Assembly: GCA_038874185.1 (NCBI GenBank)
Contig: JAVZCX010000002.1
Location: 1-45,524, forward strand
Reading direction: 5' to 3'
DNA from: Candidatus Micrarchaeia archaeon
GTDB lineage: Archaea; Micrarchaeota; Micrarchaeia; CABMEP01
DNA length: 45,524 nt
The notes beneath the pieces were generated by a model. That model ran no database searches. It saw only the letters and a list, made by a program, of their open reading frames with translations, and was not told where the DNA came from. A program made the position numbers and the translations under genes. The first letter of the stretch is position 1, and each line of letters opens with the position of its first letter. Below are positions 1 through 8,684 of this stretch, piece after piece.

Positions 1-65
1 AGAATAAGCGAGAATAATAAGATTACTATATTCAAATTTAAATAATTATCTACAGAAAAAGATGT

Positions 66-470
66 ATGCATGAAATTGTAGTCAAATCTGAAAGAAAAAA
101 TGAAATAATAAATATAACTAAAGAAGTGGAAGAAATTGTAAGAAAAGAATCAAAAGAAAAAAAGATAGATGAAGGGATTTGTCTTGTCTATGTTCCGCAT
201 GCAACTGCAGCATTAACTATCAATGAAAATTGGGATCCTTCGGTATGTGAGGATTTTATTGATTGCTTATCTAAAATCATCCCTGAAGGAAAATGGAGAC
301 ATGACAAAGTAGATGGAAACGGAGCTGCACATATAAAAGCTGCAATTATAGGTCCTAGTGTTAGTATACCTTTCAAAAATGGTAAACTTCTTTTAGGAAC
401 ATGGCAAGGTGTAATGCTATGTGAATTTGATGGACCCAGGGAAAGAACGGTTATTGTAGTTTGTAAATAA
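66..470 (+). CDS. YjbQ/UPF0047 family protein (secondary thiamine-phosphate synthase-like)
   Basis: 134-aa ORF with family-typical strings VPHATAALTINENWDP, GNGAAHIKAAIIGPS and LGTWQGV. Confidence 0.8.
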   Translation: MHEIVVKSERKNEIINITKEVEEIVRKESKEKKIDEGICLVYVPHATAALTINENWDPSVCEDFIDCLSKIIPEGKWRHDKVDGNGAAHIKAAIIGPSVSIPFKNGKLLLGTWQGVMLCEFDGPRERTVIVVCK

Positions 471-484
471 ACAAATTATAAATT

Positions 485-961
485 TCACTTATAATTTATT
501 TTTCTCTTTAAGAAGTTATATGCATTCTTAAGCAGTTTCTTGTTTGTATCATGAGTAAGAAGCCTTAATGCTTCATTATAGCTCACCCATCTATATTCAT
601 CGTGCTCAAGGACAGCATTTACTTTTATAGATACTGGGCCATTGTATTCAACCAAAAAAGATTGGAATTCCATTCTTGTATATTTGTATTTTTTAACATA
701 ATCTTTTGGTGTCTTAAATTTAAGCTTAAATGGTAATGGAATTATTGTACCTAATCTCTTCTGATCTGCATAAATCTCTTCTCTTAATTCTCTCATTAGA
801 TTATGCATTGGTCTTTCTCTTCCAATTCTTCCTCCTTTCAGCATTTCCCAGCCATTCCATCTTTTAATTCTATGAAGAAGCAGGAATTCTGGCTTTTTGC
901 CTTTCAGTCTGAAAACTATAGCGGTTATTCCTTTCCTTATTTTTTCATTACTCCCAGCCAT
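485..961 (-). CDS. Nudix hydrolase
   Basis: 158-aa ORF with a Nudix box-like segment, GGRIGRERPMHNLMRELREEI (GX5EX7REUXEE pattern). Confidence 0.75.
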   Translation of the reverse strand: MAGSNEKIRKGITAIVFRLKGKKPEFLLLHRIKRWNGWEMLKGGRIGRERPMHNLMRELREEIYADQKRLGTIIPLPFKLKFKTPKDYVKKYKYTRMEFQSFLVEYNGPVSIKVNAVLEHDEYRWVSYNEALRLLTHDTNKKLLKNAYNFLKRKINYK

Positions 962-1012
962 AAATAAAGTATTAAAAGAATCTTATTTAAACCTAACTTG
1001 ATATAATTATTT

Positions 1013-2158
1013 ATGCCAATAACTATTTTCCTTGAGGATGGAAAGCTTAAAGTAAAAAATCCTGAAGACTATGAAGCACTAAGAAGATCTTATTACGGAG
1101 AAAAAGGTAAAGGAGAGATAGTTATAACTCCAGAAGAGGCGATGTATCTAATAGAGGTTAGAAACGCTGTTTGCATAGAAAATGGGAAGGAGATCAGCTT
1201 CTCGCAGATAGCAGATAGATTCAATAAGGAAAAGATGTTTGCAGAATACATGACATTTCGCGATTGGAGAGAAAGAGGATTGATAATTAAAAAATACAGG
1301 AAAGAAGGCAAATATGAAAAAAATCCAACTGTAAAATACCCGAGCAAGGAAACGAAATTCCCAAAAATCCAGGCTGAGGCGATTTTCTTCAAAGACGATA
1401 AAATGGCAATATTGGAAAATGAAGAGATTGGAAAGGAGCTTTATAATAATTATTGGATCGGACAATACGGTTCATACAAGGCAGAAGGAAGAGGAAAGTT
1501 CCTAAAGTTAGATAAGTTTGAGACATATTTTCTTGTTAAGAATTGTGGGCTGAAACTGATTAATTTAACTGAAAAGGAATTGGAAAAAATATTGAAAGAA
1601 GAAAACGATTTTGAATCAATGTATAACGTGTATGAAGACTGGAGAATGAATGGATTTGTAGTGAAGACTGGCTTCAAGTTCGGAACCCATTTCAGGATAT
1701 ATTTCCCTGGTGCATTGCCAGGAAAAGGAAAGGATTGGACCCATTCAAAGCATGTTCTCCATGTATTTCCAAGAGAAAAAAGAATGATAATTGCTGAATG
1801 GGCAAGGGCAATAAGGGTTGCGCATGGAGTAAGAAAGACCTTCATACTTGCGATACCTGGAAAGAAAACAAAATCAGAAAAAGGAATGATAAGCTTCTTA
1901 TTATATCATAGAAAAAACAACAATATTGAAACACCTGAAAAGGACAGCCCCTCCTTTGCACTTGTACCTCTTAGTGAAGATGAGATGATCGGAGGGAATG
2001 AACTCGCATCTGCAATAGAAGAAGCAAAGGAGATTGGATTGGATGTCATGCTTGGAATAGTGGATAGGGAGACCTCTGTCACATATTACAGAGTTAAAAG
2101 AATAAACTTGCCTAAAAGCAAGTATGAATACTATGAAATAGAATGGGCACAGCCGTAA
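1013..2158 (+). CDS. endA: tRNA-splicing endonuclease, fused multi-unit form
   Basis: 381-aa ORF. The C-terminal half has the EndA catalytic-unit signature (VYEDWRMNGFVVKTGFKFGTHFRIY, HSKHVLHV, VRKTFILAI, VTYYRVKRI). The N-terminal half has a second, degenerate EndA-like unit (YMTFRDWRERGLIIKK). The length is more than twice the roughly 180-aa single-unit enzyme. Confidence 0.85.
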   Translation: MPITIFLEDGKLKVKNPEDYEALRRSYYGEKGKGEIVITPEEAMYLIEVRNAVCIENGKEISFSQIADRFNKEKMFAEYMTFRDWRERGLIIKKYRKEGKYEKNPTVKYPSKETKFPKIQAEAIFFKDDKMAILENEEIGKELYNNYWIGQYGSYKAEGRGKFLKLDKFETYFLVKNCGLKLINLTEKELEKILKEENDFESMYNVYEDWRMNGFVVKTGFKFGTHFRIYFPGALPGKGKDWTHSKHVLHVFPREKRMIIAEWARAIRVAHGVRKTFILAIPGKKTKSEKGMISFLLYHRKNNNIETPEKDSPSFALVPLSEDEMIGGNELASAIEEAKEIGLDVMLGIVDRETSVTYYRVKRINLPKSKYEYYEIEWAQP

Positions 2159-2195
2159 CAGCTGTAAATAATTAATAGATAAACTAAGTGATAAG

Positions 2196-5100
2196 ATGAA
2201 CATTGGAGAAGGAATAAGAAAAGCGCTTGCAAAGATAACTGGAAAAGCGATAATAGATGAAAGTGCTGTTAAATCAATGATAAAAGAGATACAAAGAGCG
2301 CTTATACTTTCAGATGTGAATATAGAGCTAGTGTACAAGCTTTCAAAGCAGATAGAAAATCGTTCTCTTAATGAAAAACCTCCCGCTGGAAGAAGTATGA
2401 GCGAACACATCCATGCAATTGTGTATGAAGAACTCACTAAGATCATGGGGGAGGGAAGAAAGCTCGAGCTAAAACCTCAAAAGATAATGATGTGTGGATT
2501 GTTTGGAAGTGGGAAATGCATACATGGAGATTCGCTAATTCCTCTCTGTGAAGGAAATGTAATGCCAATCAAACAAGTCTATAAACAAATAGAAAAGAAT
2601 GGAAATAAAGAGGTATTAATAGATGGATATATGATACGACCAAATAAGGAATTTGAAGTTTATTCTTTTGATCCAAATACAATGAAAATTAAGAAAACAC
2701 GTATAGAAGCTGCTTGGAAACTTTATAAAGATGAATTAATCGAAGTGAGTTTAGATAATGGGAACGATCATAAGATATTGGTGACGCCAGAACATCCATT
2801 CTATACTTTAGAAGATGGAATGATAAAAGAGGTACGTGCAGAAGATCTGCAGATTGGCCAGTTTGTCGCAGTTCCAAGAAACCTTCCCTTTGATGATAAA
2901 AGATATGTTGACATGTGGGATGAAATAATTACAAATACAAACAAAGACATTGCGATCGTAGATAAAGGGATTGCATTGCAAATTAGAGAACAACTTTTGC
3001 GAAAATATGGAACTCTTATGATTGCATATCAGAAATTGAAAATAAGGGGAGCATATTGCACATTTACTGCCAACCTTAAATGGGGAATAGTCCCTATCGA
3101 ACTATTAAGAAAATGCATCAAATATGGGGTTAAAATAAGTAAGCCGACGACATTGACTGTTGCAAGAATTGGAAGAGCAGGTCCATCTAAAAAAATAAAG
3201 TTTCCATTGATTTTTTCTGAAGAATTCTCTGAATTCTTAGGCTACTTATATGCCGAAGGATACATTAGAAAAGAATATCTAGAAATGACAAATGTGGAGC
3301 CAGAGCTAATCGAAAGATTTAGTTACTTAGTAAAGAAATTATTTGATATCAAACCGCGAATTAAAAGGGACATAAGGCGATCACGACTCAAAAGAGTCAT
3401 AGTAAGTTCTAAACTATTGGTTTATCTACTTAAAATAATATTTAAAATGCCTTTGAAAAATAAAAGCAGAAAAATATCAAGTCCAATACAATTATTGAAA
3501 TCGCCTAATAATATCTTAATTTCATTTATTAAAGCATATTTCGATTCTGACGGCTGGGTTGGCGATAACACAAGAAGTATAGAGATCTCTACAGCGAGCA
3601 AAAGAATGGCGGAAGAACTTCGCTACATGTTGTTAAGATTAAATATATTTAGTGGTGTCTCTAGAAAAACAATAAATAATACAAGCTATTACCGAGTTTA
3701 TATAAGAGGATGGAGCGCAGAAAGATTCTCTAAGATAATCCTTCCGACATCTAAGAAAAAAGAAGAACGACTTAGAAATATGATCGATATTGGGAAAGGT
3801 CAAACGCCTGGGAAATTTGAACTCATCCCAGTTGGCAGACTCTTAAAAGAAACAAGAGAAGGTTGGGGCGCAACGATCGGTGAAATTCAAGAACATGTAA
3901 ATTCGTATGGAAATTACGAAAGGAATGGTGTTATAACAAGAAAATCACTGAAAAAATTCTTGGAATGTCTACCGAAACTAAAAAGAAATTGGATGACATT
4001 GATGAATATTATTTCTAATCATGGAAATAACTATGAAGAAATTATAGAAAATGCAAGAATAAATAAAGCTGTAGCTAATGCGTTTCTCTTCAGACTGTCT
4101 CAACTGGGGTATGTAAAGCAGATTCCAACTGAAAATGGTTTATTATTCATGATAACAACTACTGGTAAAGAGAAAGTAAAGGCTGTTAAAACCTTTGATG
4201 AAAATTATAAGATATTAAGGTTATTATCTGAATCAAATGTTTGTTGGATAAGGGTTGCAGGAAAGAAACATGTCAAAAATAAAGAAAAGTTTGTTTATGA
4301 TTTGACTATCAAAGAATACCACAACTTCATTGCAAATAATATGATCGTTCATAATACTACACAGATAGGCAAAATTGCACATTATCTCAAGAAAAGAGGT
4401 ATGAGCGTTGGTGTTATTGCAGCTGACATGATGAGGCCTGCAGCATATGAACAGCTTGAACAGCTTTCAAAGCAGGTAGGCTGCAACTTTTATGGAAGAA
4501 AAGGGGAAGGCGTCAAAGCTAAGGATGTTGTCAAAGAAGGTATTGAAAAGCTAAAGAATGATGTTATAATAATAGACACCTCTGGAAGAGATGCGCTTGA
4601 TGATGAACTAATAGCTGAATTGAGAGAGATAAATGAAGTTGCAAAGCCTGATGAGAGAATACTTGTAATATCAGCTGACATAGGACAGGTTGCAAAGAAG
4701 CAGGCTGAAGAATTCAATAATGCAGTTGAACTAACTGGAGTTATAATAACAAAAATGGATGGGAGCGGTAAAGGTGGTGGGGCGCTTACAGCATGTGCAA
4801 CTGCAGGCGTGAAAGTTATATTCATAGGTGTAGGAGAAAAAATAGGAGACATAGAGGAATTCAACCCATCTAAATTTGTTGGAAGGCTTTTAGGAGTACC
4901 TGACTTTGAGGCTTTGATTGAAAAAGTAAAGGCTGCAGTACCTGAAGGAATGGAAGAGATGCCTGAAGAATTCACTATTGAAACTTTCTACAAACAATTA
5001 AAGGCTGCAAGAAATATGGGTCCCTTAAAAGGACTATTTGAGACAATGGGAATGGTTAATGTGCCTAAAGAAGTTCTTGACCAAGGAGAGCAAAAAATGG

Positions 5101-5342
5101 ACCAATATGAATCAATTATAGATTCGATGACCAAGGCTGAAAGAAAGAATCCAGATCTGGTTAGAAAAAGTCCTTCAAGAATAGAAAGGATTTCCAAAGG
5201 TTCGGGTGTACCTGCTTCTGTTGTAAAGGAATTTATAACTCAATTTGGCAAGATGAAAAAGATGTATGAACAGTTACAGAAGAATAAAGGTATGCAAAGA
5301 AATCTACAAAGACTATTCAAAGGAAAAGGATTCGGTTTCTAA
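2196..5342 (+). CDS. srp54: Signal recognition particle protein SRP54, interrupted by an intein
   Basis: The N domain is followed by a G-domain P-loop, GLFGSGK / TTQIGKIAHYL, that is split by an insert. Downstream motifs are DTSGR, ITKMDGSGKGG and a Met-rich M domain. The exteins sum to 435 aa, the normal archaeal SRP54 size. Confidence 0.93.
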   Translation: MNIGEGIRKALAKITGKAIIDESAVKSMIKEIQRALILSDVNIELVYKLSKQIENRSLNEKPPAGRSMSEHIHAIVYEELTKIMGEGRKLELKPQKIMMCGLFGSGKCIHGDSLIPLCEGNVMPIKQVYKQIEKNGNKEVLIDGYMIRPNKEFEVYSFDPNTMKIKKTRIEAAWKLYKDELIEVSLDNGNDHKILVTPEHPFYTLEDGMIKEVRAEDLQIGQFVAVPRNLPFDDKRYVDMWDEIITNTNKDIAIVDKGIALQIREQLLRKYGTLMIAYQKLKIRGAYCTFTANLKWGIVPIELLRKCIKYGVKISKPTTLTVARIGRAGPSKKIKFPLIFSEEFSEFLGYLYAEGYIRKEYLEMTNVEPELIERFSYLVKKLFDIKPRIKRDIRRSRLKRVIVSSKLLVYLLKIIFKMPLKNKSRKISSPIQLLKSPNNILISFIKAYFDSDGWVGDNTRSIEISTASKRMAEELRYMLLRLNIFSGVSRKTINNTSYYRVYIRGWSAERFSKIILPTSKKKEERLRNMIDIGKGQTPGKFELIPVGRLLKETREGWGATIGEIQEHVNSYGNYERNGVITRKSLKKFLECLPKLKRNWMTLMNIISNHGNNYEEIIENARINKAVANAFLFRLSQLGYVKQIPTENGLLFMITTTGKEKVKAVKTFDENYKILRLLSESNVCWIRVAGKKHVKNKEKFVYDLTIKEYHNFIANNMIVHNTTQIGKIAHYLKKRGMSVGVIAADMMRPAAYEQLEQLSKQVGCNFYGRKGEGVKAKDVVKEGIEKLKNDVIIIDTSGRDALDDELIAELREINEVAKPDERILVISADIGQVAKKQAEEFNNAVELTGVIITKMDGSGKGGGALTACATAGVKVIFIGVGEKIGDIEEFNPSKFVGRLLGVPDFEALIEKVKAAVPEGMEEMPEEFTIETFYKQLKAARNMGPLKGLFETMGMVNVPKEVLDQGEQKMDQYESIIDSMTKAERKNPDLVRKSPSRIERISKGSGVPASVVKEFITQFGKMKKMYEQLQKNKGMQRNLQRLFKGKGFGF
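2517..4355 (+). mobile_element. Large intein (613 aa) with a LAGLIDADG homing-endonuclease domain, inserted in the SRP54 P-loop
   Basis: Starts with Cys (CIHGDSLIPL, block A) and has TPEHPF (block B TxxH). LAGLIDADG-like motifs are FLGYLYAEGYI and FIKAYFDSDGWV. Ends FVYDLTIKEYHNFIANNMIVHN, followed by a +1 Thr. Removal restores GSGKTT. Confidence 0.9.
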
Positions 5343-5346
5343 TTAA

Positions 5347-7995
5347 TTAAGATGCCTTCAATTGCTTTTGAATTTCCTTACTCTTCAAGGATTTGGCTAA
5401 TTCAATGTATAGGAATCCGACCAAAGACATCGACACTATTGCAGCTAATTCCAATATAGTAAGTGGTTTTGTATCAAATAAAATCTGCATTGGTTCAAAA
5501 TATAAAATTGACATTTGAAGAATAATTGCTATAGCGGCAGCAAGTAATAAATATCTGTTCTTAAGAATTTCTTTTCCTACTGGTTTTTCTAGAGACCTGC
5601 ATGCAAAAGACTGAAACATCTCGAATAGCATAACCAATGTAAATACCACAGTCTGTGCCTTTATCAGGTCATTTGATGATTCTAGAACATAAATAAATGA
5701 TGCAAGTGAAAAGAATGTCAGTATTATAGGATAGTGAATCAGATATATTTCCAAACCACTAGTTATATCTTCTTTTGGCGACCTTGGTTTTCTATTCATG
5801 ACCTCCTTAGAGATTGGATCAACAGAAAGCGCTAACGCTGGCAGACCATCTGTTACCAGATTTATCCATAATATCTGTATTGCAACCAAAGGTAGAGGAA
5901 GGCCTATAAGTATTGCTAGAAATATTATGAAAACTTCGGCTATATTCCCTGAAAGTAGAAATGCGATCGTCTTCCTTATATTTTCGTAAATTCCTCTTCC
6001 TTGTTCCACAGCATTAACAATAGTTGCAAAGTTGTCATCTGAAATCACAAGATCAGCAACCTCTCTAGTTACATCAGTTCCAGTCTGTCCCATTGCTACT
6101 CCAACATCAGCAGCCTTCAAAGCTGGAGCATCGTTTATTCCATCTCCAGTCATTGCTACTATTTCTCCATTTTCTTTGAGTATCTTCGTTATCCTAACCT
6201 TATGCTCTGGGGATGCCCTTGCAAATATTTTTATGTCAGGCATCATTTTCTTCAATTCTGCATCGCTTATCTTATCCAACTCTACGCCAGTAACTGCAAG
6301 CCCCTTATCCATAATGCCTAATTCTTTTCCTATCGCAATTGCAGTCTCTTTATGATCGCCTGTTATCATTATTACATCTATTCCTGCTTTCTTACAGGTT
6401 GCGATTGCATGCTTAACTTCTGGTCTTGGTGGGTCTATCATAGCTTGAATGCCAAGGAAAACGAGCTTGTCTTCTACTATTTTGTTGGAAGATGTAATCT
6501 TCATTGCAAATGCTAAAACTCTGAAGCTTGATGATGCATATTCTTTTTCCTTATTTAATATCATCTTCTTATGCTGATTTGTCAACTTTACTATTTTTCC
6601 TTCTTTCATTACGTATGTACATCTTTCAAGCACCTTTTCAGTCGCACCTTTTGTCCATATTACATTCTTTGACTTATCATACTTGTATAGTACAGACATC
6701 ATTTTTCTTTCTGAGTCGAATTGAATCTCATCCAACCTGTTTTTTTCTGATCTATCATCTTCTAATCCTACTTTATATGCAGATAAAAGTAATGCTATTT
6801 CAGTTGGATCCCCTACAGGCTCACCATTCATAAACGCATTGTTGCAGTAAAGACCTGATTTAAGAGTTAGTTTTAATTCCTCTGGAACTTTGTCTATCTG
6901 CTTGCCATTGAGCAATATTTTTCCTTCTTTTTTGTATCCTTCACCTGTAACATTATACTCTTTACCAATATTCCATATTCTTTTTACTGTCATTTCGTTT
7001 ACAGTTAAGGTTCCTGTCTTATCTGTACATATAACTGTAACGCTTCCTAATCCCTCAACTGCAGTCAGCTTTCTTACTATTGCCTTATGTTTTGCCATTG
7101 TAGCTACTCCTAGAGATAATGCTATCGTTATAGATGCAAGTAATCCCTCGGGAACTGCTGCAACAGCGAGAGAAATTGCAGTTATTGCAATTGTTATAAA
7201 TTCAATTCCATTTATTAAACCTAAAATAAAGACTGTGAAGCAAATAAAAAGAAAAACCTTACCTATAAACTTTCCAAAATCATCCAATTTTCTTTGTAAT
7301 GGAGTGATTTCCTCTCCTTGCTGTATAGAAAGTGCTATCTTCCCAAACTCAGTATTCATTCCTGTTGCGATCACCGCTGCTTCGCATCTTCCATATACTA
7401 CAGATGTACCCATGAATAACATATTGGATTGATTTTGAATCGGTTGCGGAGATTTCATTTGCTCTGAAGATTTTGAAACTGGAATGGACTCTCCAGTAAG
7501 CACTGATTCATCTACTTTAAGGTTTATTTGGCTTAGGATTCTACAATCTGCAGGCACTTTATCTCCTGTATCCAAAATCACAATATCTCCAGGGACGAGC
7601 TCCCTTGAAGATATATTCTTTACCTCTTTATCTCTTAATACTTTAACAACAGGCACTGTAAGTTTTTTTAAGGCAGTTATTGCTTCCTCTGCTTTTTTTG
7701 TCTGAACAAAACCTAAAAATGCATTAAGAAAGATTATTAGCAATATCAGCATTCCATCTATATATTCTCCAAATGCAAAAGAGAGTATCACTGCAACTAT
7801 AAGAATTATTATAAGGAAGCTTTTGAATTGGTCTATAAAAATTTCAACGTCTGTTTTTTTCCTTTTTTCTTGTATTTCATTATATCCGTATTTTGAAAGT
7901 CTTGCTTTTGCTTCAGAAGAAGTCAGTCCTTCTTTAGATGTGTTCAAAGTATCTAGTGTTTGATTAACTGAAAGTAGATGATATGCTTCTGTCAT
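5347..7995 (-). CDS. P-type cation-transporting ATPase (type II, Ca2+-ATPase-like)
   Basis: 882 aa with LTGESIPV, ICTDKTGTLT (phosphorylation site), MITGDH, MTGDGINDAPALK and multiple TM helices. Confidence 0.9.
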   Translation of the reverse strand: MTEAYHLLSVNQTLDTLNTSKEGLTSSEAKARLSKYGYNEIQEKRKKTDVEIFIDQFKSFLIIILIVAVILSFAFGEYIDGMLILLIIFLNAFLGFVQTKKAEEAITALKKLTVPVVKVLRDKEVKNISSRELVPGDIVILDTGDKVPADCRILSQINLKVDESVLTGESIPVSKSSEQMKSPQPIQNQSNMLFMGTSVVYGRCEAAVIATGMNTEFGKIALSIQQGEEITPLQRKLDDFGKFIGKVFLFICFTVFILGLINGIEFITIAITAISLAVAAVPEGLLASITIALSLGVATMAKHKAIVRKLTAVEGLGSVTVICTDKTGTLTVNEMTVKRIWNIGKEYNVTGEGYKKEGKILLNGKQIDKVPEELKLTLKSGLYCNNAFMNGEPVGDPTEIALLLSAYKVGLEDDRSEKNRLDEIQFDSERKMMSVLYKYDKSKNVIWTKGATEKVLERCTYVMKEGKIVKLTNQHKKMILNKEKEYASSSFRVLAFAMKITSSNKIVEDKLVFLGIQAMIDPPRPEVKHAIATCKKAGIDVIMITGDHKETAIAIGKELGIMDKGLAVTGVELDKISDAELKKMMPDIKIFARASPEHKVRITKILKENGEIVAMTGDGINDAPALKAADVGVAMGQTGTDVTREVADLVISDDNFATIVNAVEQGRGIYENIRKTIAFLLSGNIAEVFIIFLAILIGLPLPLVAIQILWINLVTDGLPALALSVDPISKEVMNRKPRSPKEDITSGLEIYLIHYPIILTFFSLASFIYVLESSNDLIKAQTVVFTLVMLFEMFQSFACRSLEKPVGKEILKNRYLLLAAAIAIILQMSILYFEPMQILFDTKPLTILELAAIVSMSLVGFLYIELAKSLKSKEIQKQLKAS

Positions 7996-8132
7996 GAGAA
8001 TATTTATTTGGCAATATATAAAAAATTGATGCTGTTCCCTTCATCTTTGGTAATTTAAACAAATAAAGAAGGTTTAAAAACATAATGCAAAGTAAAAAAA
8101 TCTTTTTAAATGTAATCAGACATATTTTATAG

Positions 8133-8636
8133 ATGAGCGACACTATTACTCAACAAATACAGGAACTTGAAGCAGAAAAGAAGTCGAAGCTTGAAAACGT
8201 TAAAAAGCTTAGCGAGGAGATCAGAACTCTAGCTAACGAAATAGAAAAAATCAGAAAAACAAGTGGTTTGGGTTCTGCGGATGAAGAAAAAAGAATAATC
8301 AAGCAGATAAACCAGCTAGACTTTAAGATCTCAACAGCTAAAAACCTGCCACTAAAAGTGGAGAAGGAATTGGCTAAGAAGATACATAGTTTAGAGGCAC
8401 GCTTGAAAAAGATAAGAGAACTCAAACAGAAAATGGGAGTTCTGAAAGAGATGGAAGGAAAGATCTCTCAACTAAAGAACGAAAGAGACAAGCTCAAAAA
8501 AGAGATTGATGAAACAAATGAAGAGATCGATGCGCTTAAGCAAGAAAAACGTGTGTCAACAAGAAAGAGAATAAAGGAAGCCGCTATTGAGCAATTCTCT
8601 TTAGGAGACATCGCAGCGATAAAGAGGAAGAAGTAA
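8133..8636 (+). CDS. Lys/Glu-rich coiled-coil protein (archaeal COG1340-like), function unknown
   Basis: 167-aa ORF with heptad-like, highly charged sequence throughout. No catalytic motif recognised. Confidence 0.55.
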   Translation: MSDTITQQIQELEAEKKSKLENVKKLSEEIRTLANEIEKIRKTSGLGSADEEKRIIKQINQLDFKISTAKNLPLKVEKELAKKIHSLEARLKKIRELKQKMGVLKEMEGKISQLKNERDKLKKEIDETNEEIDALKQEKRVSTRKRIKEAAIEQFSLGDIAAIKRKK

Positions 8637-8684
8637 TTAATTTATTCTTAATTTTCTTCTTGCTTTTGAACTTTAGGTAGTGAT

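Noticed and set aside
4490-4975. Long antisense or alternative-frame ORFs inside well-supported genes (for example 4490..4975, 6890..7432, 12274..12747, 13642..14157, 19039..19542, 29765..30220, 41222..41671)
   Set aside because: They are shadow frames with Ser/Pro/Ile-rich low-complexity products. In each case the overlapping gene has clear homology-type motifs.
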